Assembly: GCF_018977255.1 (NCBI RefSeq) | Contig: NW_024704742.1 | Coordinates: forward strand, 122,142,001-122,206,000 | Direction of reading: 5' to 3' | DNA from: Callorhinchus milii | Lineage: Eukaryota | DNA: 64,000 nt | In this document: positions 1-13,126 of the stretch, piece by piece | Layout of the letters: each line of letters begins with the position of its first letter | Numbering within the stretch: position 1 is the first letter of the stretch | Made by a program: the position numbers and the translations under genes | The notes under the pieces: model-generated | Database searches by the model: none | Told to the model about the DNA's origin: nothing | Seen by the model: the letters and a program-made list of their open reading frames with translations, nothing else

Positions 1-849
1 TGGTTGGATGATTTATTGGTAGGGTTAGTAGTGGTGGAAATAATAATAATTATAATAATAATCCTTTCTTATGATATAGAATCTTTCATATCAGGTGTTC
101 TGTTCAAGGTGGGTTCTGTCAGTGTTCCTTTCTGTTCTCTGGTACCATCTCACTATCCATCCACTAGCTCTATGCAGTGCCTCGCTGTCAACTCGTGACA
201 AGTCAAATGTGGTCAGTGTATTTGAGTGACAGGTATATTTGAAAGACATAGAACCCTGAGATTCAATCATCTGATAGATTCAGTATTGCTGGGAATTGAC
301 TAATAAGCCAAATGGGTCACCAGATACTATATGCAGCAAATTGTTACGTACACTTTTCAAACCAGCAATAAAATGATGTGGACTTTATCTGTTAATCTTA
401 AAGATATTGGAAAGCAGTTAGTATTTGTGTTTCTGATTATCACTTGTTCTGTGAACAAAATTAACCAGCCCATTTTTCATTTGTTACAATCGACTAACAA
501 TTATACAACTTACGTTCATATAGCAGCCGTCATGTAAGGTAAGGTCTTGGAGCACTTCACAAGAGCGGGACTCAGATGCTGAGCAGTGGAAAGGGGGAGG
601 TGACCATAGTTGCTGTTAAAGTGGTGGGTTTTAAAGCAGGATTTCAAAATAGAGAGAGAAGGAAAGAGCGGACGGTTAAAGTGAGGGAGATTCAAGAGGT
701 TAGGGCGCAGAATTTGAAACCTCTTTTACACAAATTATGCAGTATGAAATATTAAGAGATTCTTTTTGATAACCAAAAACAACATCAACAGCTTGCGCCC
801 AACACAATGCCCTTAATGCAGAATAATTTATTTTAATAGCATTTTATGA

Positions 850-1190
850 AGCTACATTTTACAGCAGCCTATTTGTGCTCAGCAGTGTCCCACAAACTGC
901 CATGAAATGAATGATCAGTTTTATCTTGGGATTGTTGGCCAGCACACTGAGAGAAGTTTACTTAACACTATTTTTGAATAGTGTCATGGGAACTTTAATG
1001 TCCCAACATGAACATGCAGACAGTTTAATGAATCACCTGAAATATGGTAAATCTGACAATGCTGTGCTTTCCCCCAGTACTGTATTGGAATATCAGTCTA
1101 GACAATGTTCACAATCCCAATGTGAGGCTTGAACCCATGGAACCTTCTAATTCAAGAGGCACGAATGCTACCAACTGAGACAAGTTGACA
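850..1190 (-). mobile_element. Old DeuSINE (SacSINE1-like tRNA-SINE), diverged
   Basis: The reverse complement shows a head (tcagttggtagc...gggttcaagcc), the Deu-like core (gttcccatgacactattc...ctggccaacaatccc) and tttgtgggacactgctg, collinear with the copies at 47463 and 53886. Confidence 0.75.
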
Positions 1191-1665
1191 TCAAGTCCAC
1201 CCCATCTCAAGTCATAGGGTATCTTTATTACTGTGAGGGCGTTCTCACCTGGGCAACAAAATAGCCTAAAGTACAAAATAGATGAGAAACATTTACTCTA
1301 TGTCCGAGTGCCAGTTTACACCTTTCACTTGTTGTTACTGGATGGATTTTATAAACAGGTTATTACAAAGCGATAACTGTCTGCGTCGAAAATATCAACC
1401 CTCATGGTGCATGCAATCAGTACCTCTCACAGATTTTCTACTTTTCAAGGGTAATTGAGATCATCCAACAGCATTAGCATTTTGTTTGTTTGATCTTGAC
1501 TTCATATGTCAAAGTTACAGACTTGACAATTGCAGAGGCCACTGTGTTTGCAGTCCAGAAACTGAAACTGAATCCATCGTTTTAGCACCAGGTTCAACAT
1601 AAATGGCTTATGTACTGTCACCAGGGTAAACCATTGACTGTTCAGCTATTGCTATAAATTCTGCA

Positions 1666-2090
1666 GACATAGGAATATAGGAACAGGAGTAGACCATTCA
1701 GCCCTTTGAGCCTATTCCGCCATTTAATTAGATCATGGCTGATCTGTACCTCAACTAATCCTTTCAATTCCAATTTCCCACTTTCTCCCCATATCCTTTA
1801 ATACCCTGACCTAGCAAAAATCTATCAACCTCACTCTTGAAGGTGTGGATGGATCCAGCATCCACGGCATTTTGAGGGAGAATTCCAGATTTCTACCACC
1901 TTTTGAGTAAAAAAATGCTTCCTGATTTCACTCTTAAATGACCTGGATCTAAGACTATGTCCCGTTGTTTTGGATTCCCCCACCAGAAGAAATATCTACC
2001 CTATTGAATCCTTGTATCATCTTAAATACCTCAATTAAATCAGCCCTCAACGTCCTAAACTCAAGGGAATACAATCCAAGTTTACAAAGC
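1666..2090 (-). mobile_element. CR1 LINE 3' fragment
   Basis: Begins with the acatagga repeat tail and ggaacaggagtagaccattcagccc, typical of a CR1 3' end read in reverse. It continues into degenerate ORF2 C-terminal sequence. Confidence 0.7.
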
Positions 2091-2799
2091 CAATCAGACC
2101 AAGTATGCTTCCTTTTCAGTCAGTGAATCACTTATTTCTGTACTGGGGTGGTGACCATGGATGCAGGTGATATGGCTCTTCAAAACTGTAAGAAATGACA
2201 GCGCCCAATCCATAATGTGAGGATTTCCGCTGCGGGGGTCACCAGTGTGTTTCAATCACAATGCACCAACACATCAGTCGATAACTAAATCAGTTTCTGT
2301 CGCTTGCCAATTTTCCACCTTCTTTCCCTCCTGAAGGCATGTGACTCAATTTCTTCCACTTCAGTACAGTTTTTCAGGTGCCTGATACTGCTTTGCCCAA
2401 GCTGCCTTGATTGACGTGTGAGTCTTAATTGTGAGCGTCAGCCAACCTGTTGACCATGGAAGGTATTGCAGTCAAACCTGGGTCTGAAACTACTTGAACC
2501 TGATGAAGTGCAGCTCTATGTTTCGTCCGTCTGCTTCTATAACAAACCATTTTGAAGTAAAGCTGCTTATAGGCACACCTATAGTTAACATATTAGAAAT
2601 GAACTTCTGTAGTGATTCACCAGCCAAAGAAAAGACTGGATTCAGTTGCTGTTTCATTTGGAGATACTTTTGAACTATACAGTGGAGCCTCATTATGAGA
2701 CGCTAGCTTTACTACTAATCTGCCCAGCTGACCAACTCATTTCCCGTGCACCTGCCAGATCCTGAATTAAACAAATGTCCAACTTCTAAGTTGTCCAGT

Positions 2800-2985
2800 C
2801 ATTGCTGATGTCACGGCCTGTGTACTTCACATGGGCAATGCAAGAAGTGATGTTGGCAGTAAGCATATGTCCCGGAAGTTGGTCATTCTTAGTGCGCGGG
2901 AAGCAAAAATGGTCAACATCTGAGTCAGCGTCTCTGCTGATGTCACTTCCTGTGCCTTGTGCAGGAAGTGAGTCATTGATGATCT
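2800..2985. repeat. Diverged interspersed repeat rich in (tc)acttcctg/caggaagtga motifs
   Basis: The reverse complement of ~2841-2900 aligns to 60111-60175 (ttccc...aatgaccaacttcc...acatcacttcctg). There is a small internal inverted repeat, tcacttcctg...caggaagtga. Confidence 0.5.
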
Positions 2986-4877
2986 AGTCACTATTTTTAG
3001 CAGAGCGGACTGGCCAGCTGAATGCATAGTGAATGGGGTCAGTCCTTTCACATGATTAACCAGCACTATATCAAAACACTTTATAATGGGGCTGGAGAGT
3101 GATAGCTTGAAATAGTAATATTTCCATCAGGTTTAGCACTGTTTAGAGCCCATATCCAGTGAATGTTCTTTTTTCATTTCCCATCAACCTTATACAACAA
3201 CAACTTTAATTTATACAGTGCCCTTCACACGGGGTCAAGTCTCTGAGCGCTTAACAGTGGCATAAAGGAATAGAACATTTTAAACTATTTATCTAGTACA
3301 TTTATCTGATACAATGAATGCACAAATCCAATTCATTTTCAAATCTCATTATTCTCTATTTGTAGTGAACTAAGAAAAAAGTTCATAACAGAAATGCCAA
3401 CATGTAGAGCAAATACAAAGCCTATATATGTTTTAAGGCATTTATACTATAGGCCACAATCCTGGCATATCTATCCTTTAAAGGTTGAGTGTGTTCGATA
3501 TGGCACATTCCTTGAAGCATTGCAGGGGCATTGTCATTGTTTTGCAATTAGACTTTAGGAGAGTTGAATTATACCACAGTAATAATTTATAACACAGAAA
3601 ATGGTACAGCGCAGAAAGTTCATATCTGCAAAGTGTACAAGCACAGGCCAGGTTGATTCGGAGCAGCAGCCTGCAGATAGGATATTATGTGAATGTGACA
3701 GTGACGTTATAGAAATTGCTGGGAACCCAGTTCTATGGAGGATGTGCTCTGTTGGAATGGGGGAGGGGATAGACAGGGGTGAGTGAGAAGGAAAAGGAAC
3801 CAGTTCTTATTTGGATGTTCACAATCCTTTATACCAATTAGCACATTCTTTCATTCTGATTATGTATTGAAGGAATAGTTATTGCTTCTGTAATGCAACA
3901 AATAATTTACCCTTTAGAAAACTAAATGTTAATTGGCAATTACATAACCGTATCATTTAATGAAACCGTAATCCCTGGCCTGTTGTGGGTGGGGTGGGTG
4001 CTGATGTGCGTAGGAACAATAGATAGCTTTGTATCTAATGGAAAAGCATATTCTTACGTGGACTGAATAAAAAAACGGCAAATTTAGAAAATAGACAAAT
4101 TTCTGGTAACTTGTAGCCAAATGTCACTGTGGTTCACCAATTTTCTTCTTGTCACGTCATCTGAGATGCCGCCTTGGGGTGCGTAGAGTGGGGAGCATGA
4201 AGCAGAGCGGTGCCCGCTGAGCAGAGAAAAATTCATGTGTCAAACTGAGGAGCATTAGTAAAAGAGACAATTTGGTGCAGCAAAGCTCAGTCAAACTTTG
4301 CATTTGTGCAAAGCTCTAATGCTAAAGGGAATAGAAGATTCCATAAAAGCCCTAATGTTGGACTTGAATGTGCTTGGATGTGCAATTTGAACATCCTCTA
4401 GGAGTTCCTTTTTGCTTTAGTGCGTCAAAGAACTCGAGGCACAGATATTACTTTCATTCTCCTTTAGTGTATCAACCTGTTAACATTTTTGAGATGGCCA
4501 AGAACAGAAGCCGGGATTATGAACTGGGTATTTGTGATTTCTAGGATGTGTTTATACAAATTAATTGATTTTTGATTAATAGAGAAATGTACTTGGAATA
4601 AGATTGATCCTTTTGCCTTAGGCAGTGTTCATGATTATTAAATTGAATGTAGTTCAGTTTAATAATCATATCCTGCACTCTCTCCCCACAGGGAGAAATC
4701 CTGCTTACCTAATTCCAGAGAGTACAAGTTAGCAAGAGCTAAATCTTGGGCACCTCAGAGTGTGCAAGGAAAGACCCACAAAGTCAACCACTCTTCCTGG
4801 CAAGCTGTTCCAAGCATAAATTACTGCCTGAGTTGAGAAAAATGTCTTGTATCTGTCCTGAAATTGCCCTTTGTAAC

Positions 4878-5085
4878 TAATAATAATAATATTAAATAAT
4901 TTAGTCACTCAATCCACGATTGTTGGTGGGACACTGCTGTGCAGAATTGGCTGCCGCGTTTCACCCACACAATACACAGTCACTACACTTTGCAGTATCC
5001 TGTGAATTGCTTTGAGACGTCTCAACGACGTGATAAGGTGCTATATTAAATACAAGAATTATTATTATTAGTAGTAGTATTATTA
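4878..5085 (+). mobile_element. Young SINE, 3' half only
   Basis: gtcactcaatccacg...gtgggacactgctgtg...ttggctgccgcgttt...(tta)n tail. Confidence 0.8.
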
Positions 5086-5882
5086 TTTAACCTATGTCCT
5101 CTTATTCTACTATCTTGGTGCATCCTAAAGTATGATTTACATTTTGAATCCAATTTAAAATTTATAAGGGCCTCTTCGAATTGTTTTCTCCCTGGTTAAA
5201 CTCCCATCTCTCCAAGCATACATCTGATGCTGTGTCTTCTGTATAGAGTAAAACTAAAAATTAGAAGAGAGGTTCAGGAGGAAACCAGTAACTAAGACTT
5301 CAAGAAAGAAATAGAAAGGAGCAACAACTGGAGAATGCAGCAAAGGAAAGAGGAAACTCATGGTTCATACTCCAGCCTTGTGACTGAAAGTGCTGAAGTC
5401 AAATCCTGGTGCATTTTGATTGGCAGCACAGGTATGTAAACCTAACCTTCTGTTGAGATATGCATTGTGGAAACAGAAATGCATATCAATATTAATGGAT
5501 TATCCAACCACCATCTGTGTTCTTCAAGTCTGTACTATTTCCATATCTGCACCATGTACTCATCAAAGTGGTATTGGGCTGCCTCCCAATGTCATGTAAT
5601 TAACCTATTTGTTATGTGCAACATCTTGTCACAGCTCTCAGCACAGTGAGAAAACATTAATATGTAACTATCACTCAGAAGATGTAGGTGGGAGTTTTGC
5701 ATTTATGTCTGAAACACACAATGTCTGAGGAAATGCATCTTAATATACACAGAGCATATTGCAGAAAAGGTTTATTTTTACAATTCTTTAGACTTTTATG
5801 ACGAGGATTTCAGCCTGGCCCAACAACAATGACAACTTGCATTTATATAGTGCCCTTCATGCAGGGTAGCGTCCTGGAGCGC

Positions 5883-5904
5883 TTGGCTCATTTGGTTAGC
5901 ACTT

Positions 5905-5935
<31 letters not shown>

Positions 5936-6180
5936 GCTCTTTGTTAGGATTTTGAACTCACAGTCTAGGCTCACACTCCATGCAGAACTGGGAGAGTGCC
6001 ACACTGTCAGAGGTGCCTTCTTCAGATGGGCCGGTTGAACTGAGGTGCCATCTGCCTGCTCGGATAGATGATAAAGATCCCATGCCACTGTTTAAAAAGA
6101 GAAAAGAGTCTTTCCTGGTGTCCTGGCTAACAACTCATCAGATAAAATTGGGATATTGCTGTGCGCAAACTGGCCACAAA
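5883..6180 (+). mobile_element. Old DeuSINE (SacSINE1-like), 5' part and core
   Basis: ttggctcatttggttagcacttttgcctctgagtcagaagg...ggttcaag head, followed by the aagatcccatgccactg...ctggtgtcctggc core. Confidence 0.8.
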
Positions 6181-6476
6181 ACATTTCCATTATAGAAAAG
6201 CTCCAAGTTAGAAAAATAAGGTAAACTTCCACCCATGCCCCTCTGTATCTATCTTTAAATCCCACCTGAAAATCTATCTTGTCGACTGACTATGGTCATC
6301 TCCTCTTCCTCCCTTGCTCACCTTGCAGCCTCGCTACTGTACAGTGCTATATAAACGTCTAGCAATATGATTCCCCTTTCATTGATATATATAAACACTG
6401 CAGGAATTATTAAAATACTGCAAAAGAGACATTGGTGCTTTTTATAACTGTAATCTGGTTCTGATTGAAATACAGT

Positions 6477-6646
6477 GGAGTCCTATAGCTTAGTGGTTAG
6501 ACCACTCACCTCGCAAGTGAGAGGACCTGGGTTTGATTCCTGGGGAGGGAGAAACGTTGGGCAAGTTTCCTTACTCCACACATCTGTTTATCTAGCAGTA
6601 CGTAGGATCCCGGTTGTTAGTTGATTGCTGGATTGCTTTTCTGGGG
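6477..6646 (+). mobile_element. Young tRNA-Ala SINE, 5' half (long form)
   Basis: ggagtcctatagcttagtggttagac...gggtttgattcc A/B boxes followed by gggcaagtttccttactccaca; the 3' half is missing. Confidence 0.85.
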
Positions 6647-7719
6647 CTCTCAAGATTGGCATATAACTATATGCAATAATATTGAGATTCTGTAGAATAT
6701 GAGCATTTGGGAGGGGTGCCGTTTAAGGTGATTATTTGTTATATTATCGGTGAGATAGTAAATACTGTGTACAGGATTATTAAAATGTTAAATTAGGTAA
6801 GCAGGGTGCGTCCCTCCGGGAAGAGAAAACATATTCTATTCCAGACGCTGGAATTTCCATGTTTAGGTGGCACTGCATGGAACTCAAACTGGTTTACCAT
6901 ACATTACAATTTGCATTTATCTTGCGCTTTTCATGTCAGGAGATCATCTCAAAGCGCTTCACAATCCTGGATGGGTACGTAAGATGAGGTGGAGGATGGG
7001 CTGGTTTGGATACTCTTAAACATGATGATGTGTTAGACTCGCAGCTGATCTTTTGTTTAATATAATAACCAGTTAATACCCTCCTCATATTCAAGTACTG
7101 CAATTTATAAACAATCCCAATAAAAATGGAAGTAATATGCTGAAATACATTTTTAATTCTTATCTGCATATATGAAATGTTCATGAAAGACGTGATTGAA
7201 ATTTGCCAATGGTTTCTCCATTATTCACTAGCATCAACTTGAACAGAGGCTGACTGTGTTTGTTACGGAATTAATTACAGTCCTCATCAGATACTGCACT
7301 GAAGTAGCTAAATACGCAAATAATATCTTTAACTGTATTGCTGTGTTTCACTTGAGTTCTGGCTTTCAAATCCACTTATATTAATATTGTTCATTATCTA
7401 CTTCACCCCTATTTGTTGTCTGAGTCAAAACAATTTACAAATTATGTCCATAAAGACATTAGCTTTTCTTTTCATTTTCCCTGGCATTAGTGCTAAACTT
7501 GCTGTGGATTTGGTTGATATTGCATTAGCATTTGAGATATGACTGCAGAGAAAAATGTAAATAGTCGCTGACCACCTATTCAGGTTCAATGTGGAGTATG
7601 ATGGTCACAGCACAATAACAGCAACAACAACTTGTATTTAGATACACTTTCTGACAGCTCAGCCATCAAGTTGACAGCTTTTCTTTAAAGATATACACCT
7701 GCTGCTAAAACTGTTTTCT

Positions 7720-7950
7720 GTAGAAGGGGAAGGGAGTTTCCTGCAGTGTCCAAATGTACTGGCCAAGAATTCTCCAGATAAAAAATTACTTCATGTCTGT
7801 TTGTGGGACATTGATGTGTGCAAATTCACAGCCACAATTGTCTGCAAATACACGGTGACTACACTTTACAGTAAAATCCTGTGAGGAGCTTTGGGACATC
7901 TCGGTGATGTAATAAAGCGTTATCAAATATAAGAAATATTATTATTATTT
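7720..7950 (+). mobile_element. Old DeuSINE 3' fragment
   Basis: tttgtgggacattgatgtgtgcaaatt...ctttgggacatctc...(tta)n. Confidence 0.65.
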
Positions 7951-8302
7951 TCCCTGCAAACAAGCACCCCGATGTATTTATTGGAACATTTTTGTGTCAA
8001 ACCATCCAATAACTGAGATACTTGAAAAACTCCCCCTGTAAGTGTTCACATTTTCCATTACTTGGGTAACTCTCAAGGAACTAACTTAATATGTATGTGG
8101 ACTGTTGCCACAGACATTTGTTTAATTTAAATATTACATGCAACCACAGAGAACGATGCAGGTGTGTGATGGACTCTCACAGCCTTGAGTTCCTGTTCTG
8201 CTACATCGCTATGGGAGTTACTGAATCACATTTGAAATATAAAAGAATTATGATGCAAAAAAATCTACTGCATATGACAAAAATGACAACAGGTGGGTAA
8301 AG

Positions 8303-8491
8303 TTCCACCTGGGTCTAGATTTACTCTATTAAAGTAATATATCAGAGTCTCTAGAATTTGTCGAATTCTTAAATCTAGTCTTCAATTTCGATGCCAAAAA
8401 GGATTCAGAGTCAATTGATACTGAATTCAACAGTTTGACAATTCGGCAAAGCTCTGAAATGCTGTGTTAATAGATCTAGACCCAGGTGGAA
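8303..8491. mobile_element. MITE-like element with perfect 18-bp terminal inverted repeats
   Basis: ttccacctgggtctagat (8303-8320) and atctagacccaggtggaa (8474-8491). A partial second copy ends at ~50139. Confidence 0.7.
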
Positions 8492-8764
8492 TATTACTCT
8501 AGGGGTTTAATATGTAGCAATTCATAATCAGAATCACTGCTGTAACTGGAACATCAGGTCAACCAGTTAGAACTCTATTCCGATGCGATCTACTGTTGTT
8601 CCAATGGATTGGCATGAAGTGCTTTGGCTACCAACAGGAGATACTCTGCAACTCCACGAATCAACTCACATTTGGGCTCCTCCCCACCCTCATCCCCCTT
8701 ATTTCTGTGGCAGAATCAAAGAACAGAAATTTGGGAGCATTTGTGCAACAATACGTTGTTAATG

Positions 8765-8960
8765 AGTTTCTCCCGGTGTCCTGGTCAACAATCCCCAAAA
8801 TAAAATTGGTCATTCGTTTCATGGCTGTTTGTGGGACATTGCTGTGCACAAGTGTGCTGCCGAGTTTGCCTACAAACAATCACTTCGCTCCTGTGAAGCG
8901 CTTCTGAGATATCCTTCCAACTTTATAAAATACTATATCAAATGCAAAGATTATTATTAT
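8765..8960 (+). mobile_element. Old DeuSINE 3' fragment
   Basis: gagtttctcccggtgtcctgg...ctgtttgtgggacattgctgtgc...aaatgcaaagattattatt. Confidence 0.75.
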
Positions 8961-9714
8961 TTCTTCTTGTATTTACTTTAGTTTAAATTACAAAACTTTT
9001 TTGCTGGCACATATACTTTGCTAACCATTTTGCTAAATTAAGTCAATGTTTCTTAAAAGATAATTTAGTAAAGATTGATGATTGGGTTTTGGAATTACTG
9101 CTATCCAGCAACAATGCTGTTTCTATTCCCGAAGCAATGTTTCCAGAGATAGTCATCCTAATCATATGCATTCATTCTAGTGTAGTATTTTTAAACTGAA
9201 TGGTGCACTGAACTTTCAGAGTGCGAACGTTTTCTGCCCTTTTAAGAGGATTGTTTGTTTTGAATCATGTGTATACAGTGGTAAAGAGATTGGAGAAACA
9301 TTCAGAAATGAAGTTCAGTTCTCAGTGTGCAGATGCTATACTCTTAGTGGAAAATACAAATGTGTGCTTTGATTTGGGACAAGAGTAATGTTGGTGCAGA
9401 AATGGTGCTCCCTAGCTCAAAGGGCAGATCCCTCGGGTAAAGATCATCTATCCTGCAAAGTTGAACATTTGTCAAGTGCTACAAATCAAACAAGAGGAGT
9501 TAAGAATTATAGAATGTTTATAGCACAGAAAAAGGTCATTCAGCCTGTCATGTCTGTCCTGGTGCTAGTTTATGAACTCCATTCCCATTTCCCTGCTACT
9601 TCTCCATAAACGGTAATATTAGTTCTCCATTATTTGTCCAATTTAAGTATTTTTCTCCAACCTCATAGCCAAATAATACTGGATATTAAGTCTTGAGTTG
9701 AAACTATATTTTGC

Positions 9715-9860
9715 AAACTGGCACCTTTGATAATTCAGAGTGCCCCACCACAGTATTGGAGTGTCAGCTTGGACACTGAGCTCAAAGTCTATATGGGGCT
9801 TGAACCCACAACTGTTTGACTCAGAGACAAGAGCAATAGCAACTGAGCTAGGCTGACATC
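9715..9860 (-). mobile_element. Old DeuSINE 5' fragment
   Basis: Reverse complement of the tgtcagcctagctcagttg...tgggttcaagcccc head. Confidence 0.7.
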
Positions 9861-10249
9861 GCAAGCTTCGGGCAAAAATCACATTTCAAACTAAAACCGG
9901 TTCATCCAATAATTTCACAAAAGTGTTTCACAAAGTGATCTTCAGTTTTGTGACTTCAAAATGAAATGCTTTGAATAGTAGTTAGCTCACAGCGTATTGC
10001 ATTTTTTGAATATAACAAAAGAGCTGGAAAAATTATATTTAACTTTGCACAATGCCATTCTTTGAGAATTTAGAAAGAGCAAGATACTGTACATCAAAGA
10101 GTACTGGAGCACTGTGCTTCAGAAGTATTGGAAACATGTAACAGTGAACTATGCAGCAGTTATACAACATATTTGCAAGATTGAATGAGAAGGTCCATAT
10201 GGAATCAAAAATTACTAAAAATCTAGTAATTATCCTTCAATTTGTCATA

Positions 10250-10626
10250 GTGTTTTATGTCATCAAGATATCTCAATCACTTTCTTTGCAGTAAAATGTG
10301 GTGACTGTATTTCTAGGCAAATGTGGCAACCAATTTGACACACAATGTTCCATAAACTGCCGTGAAGTGAATGACCAATTTCATCTGGGGGATTGTTGGC
10401 CAGGACACCATCAGAAACATCCTTCTATTTTCCAGTAATTCCATGGGATTTTTATATACACATGAACAGGCAAATAGAACCCGGGTTTACAGCATTGCAG
10501 TCCTCCCCAGCACTGTTTTGGAATGTCAGCCTACACTGTGAGTTCAGAGTTCATAGTTATGTGTGGTTTGAACCCACAATCTCCTGTCTCATACTTAAGG
10601 GTATTGGTAACTGAGCCAGGGTGACA
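10250..10626 (-). mobile_element. Old DeuSINE, near full length, diverged
   Basis: Head at ~10626 (ctggctcagtt...gggttcaaacc) with core ctggccaacaatcccc and 3' part, in reverse orientation. Confidence 0.7.
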
Positions 10627-11133
10627 GTGCAGTACAACTCTGGTGTAATCTAATTTTTGAGACCTGCTTCCACAGCTATCTTCCTGGAGGTTGGTTCAGA
10701 ATGAGATCAATGGATCGAGCTGTGGCTTAATTCACACCTTACTGCAGCCAGTGTTAAAAGTATTGTGAAAGATATGCAAAAGCTTAAAATTCTGCATTGC
10801 AGCCCATCAGACAGGCTCGTTTTGTAAAGAAATAGGGATGATGTTGAGTAACAAAAAACTGAGAACTGGTGTTCGGTGCTGGTTGGTGGAGCTCTGCAAT
10901 GAATGGAACTCCACTTCCTATGAACTCAGCCTCGGGCTGGAGCAATTCAAAAAGGATAGCATAGCTATAGTTGAATCTACAGTTGAACCCTGCTTTGAAT
11001 CGCACCACTGCAGGCACAGCATCAAATAGGTGTCTGTGATAGAAGCAGAGCAGGAGAAAATATTTCCTCAATTGAAGAATTAATTGAACTCGGGTCCACA
11101 GATGACTTGATCACTTCAATATCTTCACTTATT

Positions 11134-11514
11134 GGAGTCCTGTAGCTCAGTAGTTAGAGCACTCGCCTCGCAAGCGAGAGACCTGGGTTCTATTCCGGGT
11201 AGGGCGAAATGTTGGGAAGGTTTCCTTACTCCACACACCTCTGTTTACCTAGCAGTAAGTATTAACCTGGTTGTTAGTTGATTGGCGGATCGCTTTCCAG
11301 GGATAATAATCCCTCAAAAAAAACAATAATAATTTAGTCACTCAATCTACGACTGTTTGTGGGACGCTGCTGTGTGCAATTGGCTGCCGCGTTTTACCCA
11401 CAAATATACAGTCAATTCACTTTACAGTATATTCTGTGAAGCACTTTGAGATGTCTAGAAGATGTGAAAAGCGCTATACCAAATGCAAGGATGTCAAATG
11501 CAAGGATTATTATT
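11134..11514 (+). mobile_element. Young tRNA-Ala SINE, full-length long form
   Basis: tRNA head with A/B boxes, central ctctgtttacctagcagtaagt segment, Deu-like 3' part and L2-type tail with a small caaatgcaaggat duplication. Confidence 0.92.
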
Positions 11515-12235
11515 GATCCACAAGTACAGTATCTGTGCTGTATCAGGGATCACCCAATTCACTCTGTCACAGAGTCAGAGTGAAACATGGAATGTACTTT
11601 AATGGTAATAAAGTGCAAAGGTTAAATGCCATCAGACCCTGCTGACTTTACTCCAAGAAAGTAGTATGTATTTGAAAGTCTCTGAGATTGATAGTTTATG
11701 TGAATCCCAAACCATAATAATGATAATCCTTGCATTTGATGCAGTACTGTTCATGTCAGAAGGACACTACAAAGATTCACAGAATTTTAGTCAAGTGTAG
11801 TGACTGTGTAGTTTGTAGGCAAATACAACTCAACAGTCTATACCATGTGAATCAGCTTACTATGATTTTATAGTTATCTTCATACATAACCAGAATACCA
11901 GTGCTATCAACTTGTGCAGTGGTGCATTGTTCATCAAAGATATGCACATTAGCTAGTCTTTTGCAAACTGGTTAAGAGGTTTACCTACGCTTGATTTGTT
12001 CTGGCAGACGTGAACTTTGTTCCCAGCAGTGTAGTGATGGAGAGCGGCAAACTGGGTTTACGCTGCCCCCTTTTGTTTTTATTTGGGCTGTTAAAAACAA
12101 GGGTTGTTATCAGACAAGGTTGATGTTAGTGTTAGTAAGGAGCTGATTTAGCTATTTCAAAGTGTTCACCTACTGTCACTCCACTTTACAGTACAATTTG
12201 TGAATCTCTCTGAACACGTCCTCCCAATGTATATG

Positions 12236-12385
12236 GCACCATTCAACAGTCCCACATACCATTCAGCCCCCCCTCCATATGATTCACATCCCCACATACC
12301 ATTCAACTTCCTCCCCCCAGAACCATTCAATCCCACATACTGTTCAATCTACCATCATAACATTCAATACCTCCAATCCCCATCC
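12236..12385. repeat. Degenerate C/A-rich tandem repeat
   Basis: Recurrent cccacataccattca(a) units. Confidence 0.55.
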
Positions 12386-13126
12386 CACCGGCCTTCTTGT
12401 TTACATTGCGAAGCCAGGAAATTATATTGTAACTGAAATCCCTTCCTTCAGGCAGCTTTAGAAAGACACAATCTTCCATGGACATACACACTGCCTGAGA
12501 AACCACTTATACTGCACATCAGGCAGCAAGTCACTGTGAATGCTGCCAAACTTTCAATATAAATGCAGCATTAATGCACAGCAAGGATAGTCAATTAGAG
12601 CTCTGAGATTTGTTAGTCCTGGTAACCATTAAAGGTTTCTTGATGCTAATTATTTCTTGGTGTTTTATGGAGAGTGATCAACTGAAGGCTATTTGAATAT
12701 AATTGCTCATGTGATACTCATGCATTTTGTACTTGTGATTGAAAATTGAATGTCATTACCCCGAAGTATATAAAACCAGTGTTGACAGCCTCAGGGATAT
12801 GGACAGACTAACTGAGCAGTAGAAAGTTGCTGGAAATCTATGGGGTAAAAAAAATCACTTTGGATCTAAACTGGCAGTTATAAAACCAGCCTCTTTTATT
12901 TCTAATTGTGTTTGCCCTAAAGTTGTTCCTTGGTAGATCTTCTGAATCAAACTAACATCAAGTGCATTGTGCTTTTAGATAAAAATATAAACCCAGCTGG
13001 CAATCTCCTTTATTTCTGTTTGAATATTTGACTTTTAATAGTCTGTTGGTTACTTAAAATCTAATAAGTACAACTTGTATGGTTCAAAGCACCCTTGCTG
13101 TTTATTAGAATACGCCTCATCACTTA

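Noticed and set aside
4150..4235. Minus-strand acceptor (tttttctctgctcag) before a GC-richer stretch
   Set aside because: All frames close quickly or give unrecognised peptides, and there is no convincing donor.
11134..11210. tRNA-Ala genes at the SINE heads
   Set aside because: Each head continues into a SINE body and tail, has no T-run terminator directly after the acceptor stem, and recurs many times with scattered mutations.
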